A DNA stretch of 64,000 nucleotides from Candidatus Poribacteria bacterium (GCA_965242965.1 OZ251518.1:5597972-5661971), one strand, 5' to 3'; shown: positions 19,509-29,153, counted from the stretch's first letter. Program-made: numbers and translations. The notes: generated by a model not told the origin, from the letters alone.

Positions 19509-20507
19509 TCACCTTAAGACGTTTTGTATCGTTCGTTCGGCGATTTCTGGTGTGATTCGCAACGTCGAAGCAACAGTATAGGGCAGCTGATGCTCTGCGA
19601 CATACGCCGATAAATTGACGAGTGTCTCCGCAATCGCATCGGATGAAACGGCATCCGGACGGTAGTTAATCTGCAAACACTCCAAGGCGTGCTGATACTG
19701 AAGCCACGGTTGCGATTGCAGGGATGCCATGAGTAAGATACCCAATCCGACGCATTCGCCGTGTAAAACGGGGGCTGTCACTCGGTTCTCAAGCGCGTAG
19801 GTAAAATAGTGCTCACTCCCTTCTTCAAGCCGGCTATGCCCACACAGATTGCAGAGTTGTACCTCCATACAGAGCAAGTCCAAGAGTAGCGTTAACCCCT
19901 CAGGTGTGCCTCTGCCAATCTCTCGTGCGTTGGCTAAAAGTGTCTGGAGGAGCGCGTCGCCGATGTCAACGGCTTGCGGCGTAACGCGTTCGTTGGCAGG
20001 ATTTGCGCCTAACTTTTCTGCCTCTTGCCAATCCCACATCGCCGTTGCGATGGAGAGGACATCCGCCGCGCCGCTGGCGCGCATCGCCGCTGGCGCGTTG
20101 CATAAAACTGCCATGTCAATAATAACAGTGTCTGGCGATTTTGTCGGCAGATATTGGACGCACCCCGCCTCTCGCACGCCTGTCGCATCGGTGAGAAAGG
20201 CATCGGTTGAGAGAATCGTGGGGAGCGCGATGAGGGGCAAATCGTTCGCGGCGGCGACGTATTTCGCCGTGTCTATCGCGAGCCCGCCGCCGATGCCGTA
20301 AACCACTTCGCCCTCGCATGTTTCGGCAATAGCGTCCATGTCGGCTCGCGTATTCCCGCCGATAGAGACGCGCTGGCGCGGGTTTATGGCGATGGCACTC
20401 GCACACTTCCACGCCGGCTCCGTTGTCAGGACGACAGCCTCACGCGTGTCTTCCACCGTGGCGAAGGGACGTTTCTCAATGTTCGGTAATCGTGAGATTT
20501 TCATCAT
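19509..20507 (-). CDS. Glycerol-1-phosphate dehydrogenase-like (EgsA/AraM) metal-dependent dehydrogenase
   Basis: GIGGGLAIDTAKY, PTILSTDA, GSEH and LHGECVG motifs. Confidence 0.75.
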   Translation of the reverse strand: MMKISRLPNIEKRPFATVEDTREAVVLTTEPAWKCASAIAINPRQRVSIGGNTRADMDAIAETCEGEVVYGIGGGLAIDTAKYVAAANDLPLIALPTILSTDAFLTDATGVREAGCVQYLPTKSPDTVIIDMAVLCNAPAAMRASGAADVLSIATAMWDWQEAEKLGANPANERVTPQAVDIGDALLQTLLANAREIGRGTPEGLTLLLDLLCMEVQLCNLCGHSRLEEGSEHYFTYALENRVTAPVLHGECVGLGILLMASLQSQPWLQYQHALECLQINYRPDAVSSDAIAETLVNLSAYVAEHQLPYTVASTLRITPEIAERTIQNVLR

Positions 20508-20568
20508 TGGAACAAATAAATCAGTGTCAAAACGGATGACGTTCAGAACCGCCTACTGCAAGAAATCT

Positions 20569-21702
20569 TCAGAGATGCCGCAAATCAACGCGGTATATCT
20601 GCCGCGAACCTTCATGAACCGAATCGAACGTGACTGTCGTGCCATCCGGTGCCCAGCGCGGATGCAAATCGCATCGGATATCGCCGGTGAACTGCTTCTC
20701 GTGATGGAATTCGCCCAAGACAACTTTTCGGTTTTCGGCGATATGATAAACCATCAACTGCGCCAACCGTTCTGAACCTCGCGGGTAGGTATCGCACAGC
20801 AGCCACTGCCTATCGGGTGAAAACGAGGCGTGTCCATCGCTCGGCAGCACGCCGCGCCCGAACGGTGTAAAGTCGCGCGCACCGTCGGTAAACACAACGA
20901 ACCCCATCTCACCGGTGATGTTTGAAGAGACGAGAATCTGCGTTGGCGTTCGCCAATCAAAATGCGAGACGCGGTAACCAAAGGGGATTTGCATCGCCAA
21001 ATCGGAACCGTCCGGGTTAACCGTCCAGAGGGATGAGTCAAACCCGTTTTCGTGGCGGCAGCGGCAGAAAAAGAGGACGCGCGTGCCATCCGTATTAAAA
21101 AGGACATGATTAAACCACGCCCGTCCACCGGCGAGGCGTTCGTCTCCGCTCTTCTGGACAACCTCGGCGATGGAGAGGACAAGCCGCGCGCTGCCATCTT
21201 GCAGGTTAAGGAGATATAGCCCATCGTCTTCAGGTTGCGCAATGATGTCGTCAGGATGCATCTCGTTGGCATAGCCGACGACAGCGCGGCAGTGCGCCAT
21301 CCGCGCGTAGTTCAACCCGATAGCCATCGGTGCAGTCGGTGAAACAGCGGCAATAGCGCCTTGTATCGTGCGGACTTGCCTAGTTGTCGGATGGACGGCA
21401 CGCGAGACGAGTTCGCCATCTTCCCAATCGTTAAACGTGAATGCGTCGCCTATCCAGTGCAACATGCTTCCTTGCTGGAGGTTGAACGCCGATGTTTTCG
21501 CATACGCGATAAATTCATGCGTCTCGCCGTGGATAAGCCCAACAGCGGCGACATCTGCCGGGAACGGCCGGCGCGTATGGAAATCTGTCTCCAGCGCGAG
21601 ATGATACGTTCCCGTGCTATCCCACGGGTTAATGCCGTAATAGCCGAAAAAGTGGTGCTGAGGCGGCATAGATAATCTGTGAATATCCATATTTTGAAAC
21701 AA
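20569..21702 (-). CDS. Beta-propeller protein (TolB/oligogalacturonate-lyase-like)
   Basis: HHFFGYY, WFNHVLFN, DGHASFSPD and RCDLHPRW motifs. Confidence 0.65.
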   Translation of the reverse strand: MFQNMDIHRLSMPPQHHFFGYYGINPWDSTGTYHLALETDFHTRRPFPADVAAVGLIHGETHEFIAYAKTSAFNLQQGSMLHWIGDAFTFNDWEDGELVSRAVHPTTRQVRTIQGAIAAVSPTAPMAIGLNYARMAHCRAVVGYANEMHPDDIIAQPEDDGLYLLNLQDGSARLVLSIAEVVQKSGDERLAGGRAWFNHVLFNTDGTRVLFFCRCRHENGFDSSLWTVNPDGSDLAMQIPFGYRVSHFDWRTPTQILVSSNITGEMGFVVFTDGARDFTPFGRGVLPSDGHASFSPDRQWLLCDTYPRGSERLAQLMVYHIAENRKVVLGEFHHEKQFTGDIRCDLHPRWAPDGTTVTFDSVHEGSRQIYRVDLRHL

Positions 21703-21857
21703 AAACCTACTTGCATCGTTTTATTTACAGAGGAAGAATCACTGCACAGACGCAATCCGGCATTTTCGCCGAAGACTCCGGTGTTTTCCGGCACCCTAAT
21801 TTTACCCGTGAGGCGAGGGGAACCTACCCCTCCATACATGCACCGATGCAGCAAGCA

Positions 21858-22592
21858 ATGAAAATCGTAGCGAAAACAGACATAGGCAAACTTCGTGAAC
21901 GGAACGAAGATTCATACTATTTTGACACCGGCCTCCAACTTTTCGCTGTCGCCGATGGCATGAGCGGGCACGAACGAGGAGACCTGGCGAGTTGTCTCGC
22001 TCTAGGCGTTATCAAGGATTGGGCCACCGGTAAAGCACGTTCCGATAGCGATGTGGGGCCCATCAAAAAACTGGAAATCCTGAGCGAACTCGCCACGGAA
22101 GCGAACCAACGTGTTTACGCCACCGCGCAGCACCAGACACAGCGCAGCGGTATGGGCACCACACTTATCGCAGGTTTTGCCACTGCCAGTTATCTTGCCT
22201 ATGTCTCTGTCGGCGATAGCCGACTCTACGTGTTACAGGATGAGACGCTCACACAGATAACAACCGACGACTCGCTCGTGCAAAAAATGGTTGATGAGGG
22301 CGAAATTACTCCCGAAGAAAGCCGAGTGCATGCGAAACGAAACATCCTCATGCAGGCAATCGGCTTGTCCCCAGATGTCACCGTTAACGCCGATGTGCAT
22401 CCGCTCAAGCCGGGTGACATCATCCTCGGGTGCACCGATGGCTTGCATGACTTGATTATTGACGACGCGGAAATCGCTGAAATTATCCTCTCTGCACCGA
22501 CGCTTGAGGCGGCGTGTGAAAACCTCGTTGACAAGGCACTGAATTATGGCGGCACCGATAACGTTACGGTGCTTCTAGCCGCTGTGGAATAA
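21858..22592 (+). CDS. PP2C/Stp1 Ser/Thr protein phosphatase
   Basis: TDIGKLRERNED, VADGMSGH, VGDSRLY, CTDGL and GGTDNVTV. Start trimmed to ATG 21858. Confidence 0.92.
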   Translation: MKIVAKTDIGKLRERNEDSYYFDTGLQLFAVADGMSGHERGDLASCLALGVIKDWATGKARSDSDVGPIKKLEILSELATEANQRVYATAQHQTQRSGMGTTLIAGFATASYLAYVSVGDSRLYVLQDETLTQITTDDSLVQKMVDEGEITPEESRVHAKRNILMQAIGLSPDVTVNADVHPLKPGDIILGCTDGLHDLIIDDAEIAEIILSAPTLEAACENLVDKALNYGGTDNVTVLLAAVE

Positions 22593-22599
22593 TCTCCTA

Positions 22600-22950
22600 T
22601 GAGGGTGTTTCATAAATCCGTTGGCGCGCCCTCCCGCGTCTCGATGTTCCCGTAGCGCGGGGGCCTGTCCCTCGCGAGCGTTGGTCCCTCTGTAGGGCAA
22701 GAGTGCCTGCTCTTGACCCGTTCGGGAGCAGGTGCTCCCGAACTACGGTCTTTTCCAAGGTCCAGGCACGGCGAGGGACAGGCCCTCGCCCTACGGTAAA
22801 ACGTGGCCCCCTCTGTAGGTCAAGAGCGCCTGCTCTTGACCCGTTCGGGAGCAGGTGCTCCCGAACTACGGTCTTTGGGCATGGCGAGGGGAACCCGCTC
22901 GCATGCGCGTGTGGCATGCGAGGGCCCAAGCCCTACGGTGCGGGGACAGG
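22600..22950. repeat. REP cluster beginning with a single TGAGGGTGTTTCATAA end
   Basis: The left end matches the inverted end of the 12347-12922 element. The cluster lies between convergent genes. Confidence 0.85.
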
Positions 22951-22970
22951 AATTATGCCGCTGTCATTCG

Positions 22971-23399
22971 TCATTCTTCCTGCAGCCCCAAAATCAGCGC
23001 GTCTTCATCGTATGCATCGGGTTCGGGAAGAAGCGGGCGTTCCAGTACCGGCAGCTCAACCCGGGCCGCCTCTGCCCACAGCCGTTCCAGGTTATAGTAG
23101 TCGCGTCGTTCGGCGAGAAAGATATGCACCACGAAGTCGACGTAGTCAAGCAGTATCCAGTCCGCCTTCCGCGCACCCTCCCGATGCCAAGGTCGCTGCT
23201 GCCAGTTCTGTTCCAATTCCTCAACTACAGCTTCCGAGATACCTTCGACCTGGATGTCGGAGGCACCGCTGAAAATTGCGAAGTAGTCTGTGAAGCCATC
23301 TAGTTCGCGCAAATCGAGGATAACGCCATCTTGCGCGCGTCGGCCTATTGCGGCGGCTGCCGCCGCTTTTACCATAGCTAATGTGCTGTTTTCTGTCAT
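22971..23399 (-). CDS. rsfS: Ribosome silencing factor
   Basis: WILLDYVDFVVHIF..RDYYNLERLW motif. Confidence 0.92.
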   Translation of the reverse strand: MTENSTLAMVKAAAAAAIGRRAQDGVILDLRELDGFTDYFAIFSGASDIQVEGISEAVVEELEQNWQQRPWHREGARKADWILLDYVDFVVHIFLAERRDYYNLERLWAEAARVELPVLERPLLPEPDAYDEDALILGLQEE

Positions 23400-23539
23400 T
23401 TATGATACCTCCTCAAAACAGGTTCGTTTTCGTTTTTTTTGCCATCTATGCCATCGCCGCATTTAAAATCCGATTTAGAACGGACAATTGCTATTGAACG
23501 GCCCGTAAGAGAGTTCTCCTAGTCTCAATGCATACGAAC

Positions 23540-24199
23540 TCAAACATTAGAACTAGGGGGCAGCTCGAACGTGCTATTATAGGTATGTAGTGTATTCGGA
23601 TGAATCATCACCCCTTTTTCAAGGAGATGCTGGATTTTATAGTTAGCGACGTGATGCACGGCGCGCGACAGCTGCGTGTAAGCCAGTTCGCGCACCACGT
23701 CTACTCCTTCGTGCGTGCGCGTCGGTTCTGCAAAATCGGCGACGTAAAGCACCTGCGCGATAGGGCCCATGGCCGGATGCCCTGTCGTGTGCCAACGAAT
23801 GGCTTCAAGCACCCCGGTGTCTACCACGCCGAATTGCTCCTGGGCGAGTTTTACGCCGATAATCGCATGCAAGAGCGCGGGCGTAACTTGCTCTACCGAA
23901 TCGAGAAGAATTTCATAACGCGCCGCTGCGCGATAGAGCTCCTCTCGGTTCATCCACTTCGCGCAGTCATGAAGAAGTGCAGCGAGACGCGTTTTCTCCA
24001 CATCTACCGCATGGCATTGCGCGAGTTCAATAGCCATATCCTGCACCGAGAGGACGTGGTGGTAACGCCGCTGCGTCAGTTTCTCGGCGAGATATTCTTG
24101 GAGCGCAACAGCAGGCCGGGCGCATGCATCGTTCGGGGGTTCCCGACGTTCTCTTTTTCGCTTATTCGGTGCCTTCGGTGCCTTCGGTGCCATTATCAA
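23540..24199 (-). CDS. yqeK: HD-domain Ap4A hydrolase (start uncertain)
   Basis: RYHHVL, ALLHDCAK, WHTTG and YVADFAEPTR. Located in the nadD-rsfS context. Confidence 0.88.
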   Translation of the reverse strand: MIMAPKAPKAPNKRKRERREPPNDACARPAVALQEYLAEKLTQRRYHHVLSVQDMAIELAQCHAVDVEKTRLAALLHDCAKWMNREELYRAAARYEILLDSVEQVTPALLHAIIGVKLAQEQFGVVDTGVLEAIRWHTTGHPAMGPIAQVLYVADFAEPTRTHEGVDVVRELAYTQLSRAVHHVANYKIQHLLEKGVMIHPNTLHTYNSTFELPPSSNV

Positions 24200-24413
24200 G
24201 GTTCATTCCTAATTGGGACAGAATTTCGTATTCTGTTTCAGAGGTTATGGGCACAGACAAAGGGGTGCTGATGACGTATTCCTCGTTGAGCCATTTACCC
24301 AAGTCAAGTGCCTTGCACTGCTCGCTGCAAAAAGGGAAGTTTTTGGGCAGGGGTGTGCCTTTTTCCCAGACAAATTCGTAGTCCGTTCCGCAGAGGCTAC
24401 AGGTGTGTTGCAC
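24162..24413 (-). CDS. yacG: DNA gyrase inhibitor YacG-like zinc finger
   Basis: CSLC...FPFCSEQCKALDLGKWLNEEY motif. Confidence 0.85.
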   Translation of the reverse strand: MQHTCSLCGTDYEFVWEKGTPLPKNFPFCSEQCKALDLGKWLNEEYVISTPLSVPITSETEYEILSQLGMNLDNGTEGTEGTE

Positions 24414-24425
24414 GTCTCTTTCTCC

Positions 24426-25019
24426 TTATTGATACAGCCGATGCTGGCAAATATATTCGCGGACAGGCTCCGGAACGAGATAGCGAATGGAACGTCCCAG
24501 TGCAATCCGTTCCCGAATTTCTGTCGCCGAGATATCCACGCCTGTTATCCGAAAGGTGGTAACGCGATTTCGGATGGCGGGCGGCACGCGCGTCAACTCA
24601 TAACTCGGGCGCGTCGTCGCAATCATCTCGCACCGTGCCAAAACTTCGTCGAAATCCTTCCAGATTTGATATTCAATGAGCGAGTCCGCGCCGATAATCC
24701 ACCCGATTTTGGCCGTATCGCCGTAGAGGGTTTGCAAGTCTTTCAACGTCTGGATAGTATATGAGGGCCCGGCGCGCTCTACCTCCATCCGCGACACCTC
24801 AAAGCGCGGATGCTCTGCCGTGGCTAAGCACACCATCTGATAGCGGTGTTCCGGCGAGACGATATGCGTTGCGGCTTTATGCGGCGGGCGTGCCGAGGGC
24901 ATAAACAAGATTTTTTCGTAGCCTAACCCTTCCCGCACTTGCTCCGCGCTGAGCAGGTGCGCGTAATGAATCGGATTGAAGGTGCCGCCCATGATGGCGA
25001 TTTTCTCTTGGGTTTCCAT
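24426..25019 (-). CDS. nadD: Nicotinate-nucleotide adenylyltransferase
   Basis: GGTFNPIHYAH, PPHK, SYTIQT, IIGADS and ISATEIR. Confidence 0.95.
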   Translation of the reverse strand: METQEKIAIMGGTFNPIHYAHLLSAEQVREGLGYEKILFMPSARPPHKAATHIVSPEHRYQMVCLATAEHPRFEVSRMEVERAGPSYTIQTLKDLQTLYGDTAKIGWIIGADSLIEYQIWKDFDEVLARCEMIATTRPSYELTRVPPAIRNRVTTFRITGVDISATEIRERIALGRSIRYLVPEPVREYICQHRLYQ

Positions 25020-25080
25020 ACCGCGTTCCGCGCCTTGATAAAAAGTATATCACTTTAAAAAAGAAAAGTCAATTAAAAAA

Positions 25081-25230
25081 AGAGAACGCCATCCAACCGT
25101 AGGTTGAGGGCCTGTCCCTCAACATGCCGAGAAATAGAACGCCACCCAACCGTAGGTTGAGGGCCTGTCCCTCAACATAGAGAACGCCGCCCAACGGTAG
25201 GTTGAGGGCCTGTCCCTCAACATGCCGAGA
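25081..25230 (+). repeat. Three tandem REP variants
   Basis: AGAACGCC.CCCAAC.GTAGGTTGAGGGCCTGTCCCTCAACAT-type unit, three copies. Confidence 0.9.
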
Positions 25231-25300
25231 ACTCAACAGCACCGCACGCAACCGTTGCTCGCCAGGGAAAAGCCCCGCGCTACGAACCGCTGGCGATTAT

Positions 25301-26365
25301 CTATCTTTCGCCGAGCGTAACCACCCGGGTCATTTCCTGTCCGTTCCGATAGATTTTAAGATTGACTCGCGTCTGCGGTGCGGCAGTCATGACACATCGC
25401 AGAAGTTGCGGATAATTCTCGACTGGATGCTCGTTGAATTGAAGGATGACATCTTCCGGCAGAAGTCCGCTTTTGTGCGCCGGTCCGTTTTCAGTGACGC
25501 GCGTGATGAAGACACCCGATTCGCCCATCTCAATTTGGACACCGAGCCAGCCGCGCGCGACTTTCCCGTGCGCGATAATTTCCTTCGCAACCGACAAAAC
25601 CGTTTCAATCGGAACGGCGAAAGTCACCCAAGATTGCGCCACCGGTGGGATGCGGAACTCTGTGATGTCATCGCCTGCCATCACTGTCGGCATTTCGGGA
25701 ACGGCATCTGTCAAAACTGCCAAGATCATCCCGACAACTTCGCCTGCGGTATTGACGACTGCGCCGCCGCTGTTGCCGGGCGTGACAGGCGCGTTGATTT
25801 TGATGACTTCGGCGCAATGAGAATTGGGCAAGATGTCCCAACCCCCGACGATACCGAATGAGATAACAGGGCTCGCGCCGTAAGAACTGCCTACCGTGAC
25901 TACCCAGGAGCCGCTATCAATGTCGGCAGAATTGCCGAAGTGGATTTGGGCATCCTCGCGGCCGGGGACAGTTTTGACGCGCAGCACGGCGATGTCTGTC
26001 ATCACATCCTCACCGAGCAGTTCAGCCTCGGCACGCTTACCGTCGTGAAAGACGACTTCTATCTGCTGAGCAGTGCTATCAAACGTCGTCGTCACAACGT
26101 GCCCGGCTGCATCAATGACGATGCCGGAGCCGACGCTCTGCCGCGTGAGGACAGTTTTCTGAATCTCCGATGGGAAACTCGGCAATTCAAGCTGATGCGT
26201 TGCTACCACTCTGACAATCGCCGGCCGTGAGGCGGCGACTACCTTCTGAAATTCCTTCTCAATCAGTTGGAGCATGTTGCTTTGCGCGATGCCCGGGGCG
26301 ATTGCATAGGCGATTGCGTAAAAGAGTAAGCTAAGTATGAGGAGCGTTAATTTGTTGGGACGCAT
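25301..26365 (-). CDS. HtrA/DegP-like trypsin protease with PDZ domain
   Basis: GSGIVI, DIAVLRV, PGNSGGA and ARGWLGV PDZ. The usual TNxH catalytic His segment reads TTTF. Confidence 0.85.
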   Translation of the reverse strand: MRPNKLTLLILSLLFYAIAYAIAPGIAQSNMLQLIEKEFQKVVAASRPAIVRVVATHQLELPSFPSEIQKTVLTRQSVGSGIVIDAAGHVVTTTFDSTAQQIEVVFHDGKRAEAELLGEDVMTDIAVLRVKTVPGREDAQIHFGNSADIDSGSWVVTVGSSYGASPVISFGIVGGWDILPNSHCAEVIKINAPVTPGNSGGAVVNTAGEVVGMILAVLTDAVPEMPTVMAGDDITEFRIPPVAQSWVTFAVPIETVLSVAKEIIAHGKVARGWLGVQIEMGESGVFITRVTENGPAHKSGLLPEDVILQFNEHPVENYPQLLRCVMTAAPQTRVNLKIYRNGQEMTRVVTLGER

Positions 26366-26430
26366 GCGTTTATCCTCTGTGGCGAGGGACAGATTGCCCT
26401 CGCCTTACGGGTAATAAAGGTTACGAAAAC

Positions 26431-26952
26431 CTACAATCCTCCTTGCGTTGGCACGCCGGTGTAGCTCACCTGTTTTAAGACGTAATGCTGCATCGGTTGC
26501 GATGAGATACTGGTGCCGGCGAAGCCAGTGGGCAGTGCCGGTCCGCGCGTTTGCATTGCCGCAGGCAGTTGCCCCGTCTGTTCTATAGTCACCGCGCGTC
26601 CGCGGTCGCCGTCATGATAAACGACGTAGGTGACAAAAAAGGTGGCGAACACCAACACCAGCGCGCCGTATGCCCATCGTGGCAGCGTGAAGCCATAGAA
26701 GAGCCGTTGCCAGAATGGCAGTGTGACGCGCGGTTCATTGGCGAGCCGTTCGTGTAGCGTTGCCCTAAAATTGGGCGAAGGTTCAATTTGCGGTAACTCC
26801 TCCACCTCCGTGAGCGTCTGCGCGAAGAGGACGTATTCACGCTGACATCGTTCGCACTGTTCAATATGCGTCTCGAAATTTTTCAACGTTCGATAATCGA
26901 TGCTGTCTTCGAGATGGGCGGAGAAGTGGTTCTCAGCCTGTAAGCAGTTCAT
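26431..26952 (-). CDS. Zinc-finger (zf-HC2) anti-sigma factor
   Basis: HIEQCERC motif, one TM helix, directly downstream of the ECF sigma gene. Confidence 0.85.
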   Translation of the reverse strand: MNCLQAENHFSAHLEDSIDYRTLKNFETHIEQCERCQREYVLFAQTLTEVEELPQIEPSPNFRATLHERLANEPRVTLPFWQRLFYGFTLPRWAYGALVLVFATFFVTYVVYHDGDRGRAVTIEQTGQLPAAMQTRGPALPTGFAGTSISSQPMQHYVLKQVSYTGVPTQGGL

Positions 26953-27554
26953 AATTTCTCCATGAAAGGCTTTAACTTATCCTTCAATATGAGTCGAGCT
27001 CGGTTGATTCGAGATTTGGTTGTGCCGGCGCGGATGCCAAGCACCTTGCTGATTTCCTCGTAACTGAGGCCTTGAATGTCACGTAGCACCAGCGGTTCTC
27101 GATATTGTTCGGGTAATGCCGCGATGGCTTTTCGGAGCGCGTCGCGGAGTTCCTTGCGTTGCAGCACCACATCGGGTTCGTAAGAGGCATCGGCAGGCGC
27201 ATTGGCGATGCGGCTCTCAATCCCTGCCCCGGCATCCTCTTCCTCGTCTTTCACCGTGTTATCCACCCAATGCCGGTCGCGGCGCGCGCGATTGCGGAGC
27301 TCATTCTTGCACAAATTCGACGCGATGTGATACATCCACGTGTTGAATTGCGCGCGCCCCGGCTTGTAACGAGGGGCAGCCTGAAAAATGCGGATGAACG
27401 TGTCCTGCGCCAAGTCCTCGGCACTGTCTCTGTCACCGATGAATTGCGCTATAAAATTAATCAGCGGCTTCTCATGTCGGCGGACTAGGAGCGTAAATGC
27501 ATCCTCATCGCCTTTCTGAAAGCGTTCCATTAATTCATCGTCTAATTCAGGCAT
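26949..27554 (-). CDS. ECF RNA polymerase sigma factor
   Basis: AEDLAQDTF, FNTWMYHIASN and GLSYEEIS..GTTKSRINRAR. Start at ATG 27554 with a GGAGG RBS. Confidence 0.93.
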   Translation of the reverse strand: MPELDDELMERFQKGDEDAFTLLVRRHEKPLINFIAQFIGDRDSAEDLAQDTFIRIFQAAPRYKPGRAQFNTWMYHIASNLCKNELRNRARRDRHWVDNTVKDEEEDAGAGIESRIANAPADASYEPDVVLQRKELRDALRKAIAALPEQYREPLVLRDIQGLSYEEISKVLGIRAGTTKSRINRARLILKDKLKPFMEKL

Positions 27555-27660
27555 CAGTTCCCTCCATAGGTGCTTATTGTATAATACACACCTCACCGCC
27601 GAGTTAGTTCCAATTTTTTTTATTTTGCAAAATGAACCTCGCGCGCATGATAACAAAAAA

Positions 27661-27744
27661 ATTTTATCATATATCTCTGAAAATGTCAAATTGCGTCGGA
27701 ATCTCGCGTTTTTCATTGCATCGCCAACTAGAATATGGTATCAT
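27661..27744. promoter_or_regulatory. Divergent sigma70 promoters
   Basis: Minus strand: TTGACA (27689-84), 17 bp, TAAAAT (27666-61). Plus strand: TTGCAT (27716-21), 17 bp, TGn-TATCAT (27739-44). Confidence 0.6.
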
Positions 27745-27834
27745 AACATTTGTCAACACATGCAAATGGAACGAGACAGGCGCAAATTCTGCGTCTGTCG
27801 CAATCCCCGCGGCAACCGTAAACATACCGCCAGC

Positions 27835-27876
27835 GAAAAAAGGCGTGGGCATTTTGTATTACCCGCGCCTTTTTTC
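27835..27876 (+). terminator. Intrinsic terminator-like hairpin
   Basis: GAAAAAAGGCGTGGG...CCCGCGCCTTTTTTC stem with a T tract. Confidence 0.65.
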
Positions 27877-28045
27877 TGTTTACAAAATCCAAACGTTGTG
27901 ATAAACTGATACCTCAGGAAACGTTATCAGGACTTCCGCGAATGCCTGAATTCTCCCGCGGGTAGGCACGGTTTCAAACCGCTACCACGGTGACGGGGTT
28001 CGCGCTGCGTCCATCGTAATCACAAAGAACAATTGGAGGAAAGTT

Positions 28046-28615
28046 ATGTTTGAAGAGGTTTTACAAGAAGTTGAGGCGCAATGTCGCGAGGAACGCATCC
28101 CGATGTTGGGGTCCGAAAAAGCGAGATTTCTTGCCGACTGCGTGGAAAAGGCGAAACCGACGTTGATTGTGGAGTGCGGGACAGCCATCGGCTACTCCGG
28201 GCTCTGGATGCTGCGTGTGTTGAAGAATCTCGGCGCAGGCCGGTTAATAACGGTGGAGATTGACGCTGAACGCGCGAACCGCGCGCGCGCCAGTTTTGAA
28301 CGCGCCGGTGTGGCAACCCTGGTTGACTCGCGCATCGGCGATGCACAAGAAGTGCTGAAAGGCATCGAAGAGCCGGTAGATTTTCTGCTCCTTGATAACA
28401 GTTTCAGCAACTATTTTCCCTGTTTCCAAGCGATTGAGCCGCAATTGACGAACCCGGCCACGGTTCTGGCGGATAACGTCGGCATCGGCGCGGAGCAGAT
28501 GGAAGATTACCTCACGCATGTCCGAGAGCACTATGCATCCGAAACCCATTGGTTTGACATCAATCTTCCGTGGGTGAAGCAGGACGCGATTGAGGTGAGT
28601 ATTTATAGGCGTTGA
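28046..28615 (+). CDS. SAM-dependent O-methyltransferase (methyltransf_3-like)
   Basis: VECGTAIGYSGLW, ITVEID, GDA and ADNV motifs. Confidence 0.88.
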   Translation: MFEEVLQEVEAQCREERIPMLGSEKARFLADCVEKAKPTLIVECGTAIGYSGLWMLRVLKNLGAGRLITVEIDAERANRARASFERAGVATLVDSRIGDAQEVLKGIEEPVDFLLLDNSFSNYFPCFQAIEPQLTNPATVLADNVGIGAEQMEDYLTHVREHYASETHWFDINLPWVKQDAIEVSIYRR

Positions 28616-28659
28616 GGCGGGATAGGAACGCCATCCGTCCTTACGCGCACCGCCGGAGG

Positions 28660-29111
28660 TTTGCAAGGCCGTTTCCGTTTACCGTAGGGCGAGGGCCTGT
28701 CCCTCGCCATGCCAATCGTCTGAAGCAGGATTTACACGATTATCACGATTTACCACGATTATAGCGTCGTCACCGTAGGGCGAGGGCCTGTCCCTCGCCG
28801 TGCTATCGAGCACGCGTGCGCGCATCACCTCTGTAGGGCAAGAGCGCCCGCTCTTGCCCCGTTCGGGATCAGGCGATCCCGAACTACGGTCTCTGGGGCA
28901 CGCAAACGATCGCGGAGGAAACCCCCTCGCCATGCCAATCGTCTGAAGCAGGATTTTCAAGATTTACAAGATTTCACAGGATTAGATCTCTGGTGCATCG
29001 GCGCGGTTGTGGCCTGCCACGGGGTATTCGATGCATCAGCGTCTATAATCGTGGTAAATCGTGATAATCGTGGTAATCCTGCTCAATCTTGCTAATCTTG
29101 AAAATCCTGCT
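28660..29111. repeat. REP cluster plus 9-10-nt periodic inverted arrays
   Basis: REP copies, plus AGCAGGATTTACACGATTATCACGATT... arrays with inverse copies at 29043-29111. Confidence 0.85.
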
Positions 29112-29124
29112 CATAATTTTTAAT

Positions 29125-29153
29125 TTGACAAAAACACAAAAAAATGGTATAAT
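29125..29153 (+). promoter_or_regulatory. Perfect consensus sigma70 promoter with extended -10
   Basis: TTGACA, 17 bp spacer, (TGG)TATAAT. Confidence 0.8.

Noticed and set aside
25081-25230. Possible mini CRISPR array
   Set aside because: The intervening sequences are near-identical and too short to be unique spacers. The unit is a REP variant and no cas genes are present.
27800-27825. SAM-I riboswitch suggested by CGGCAACC upstream of a methyltransferase
   Set aside because: The P1 ATC..GAG/GAT elements and the kink-turn/pseudoknot consensus are not visible.
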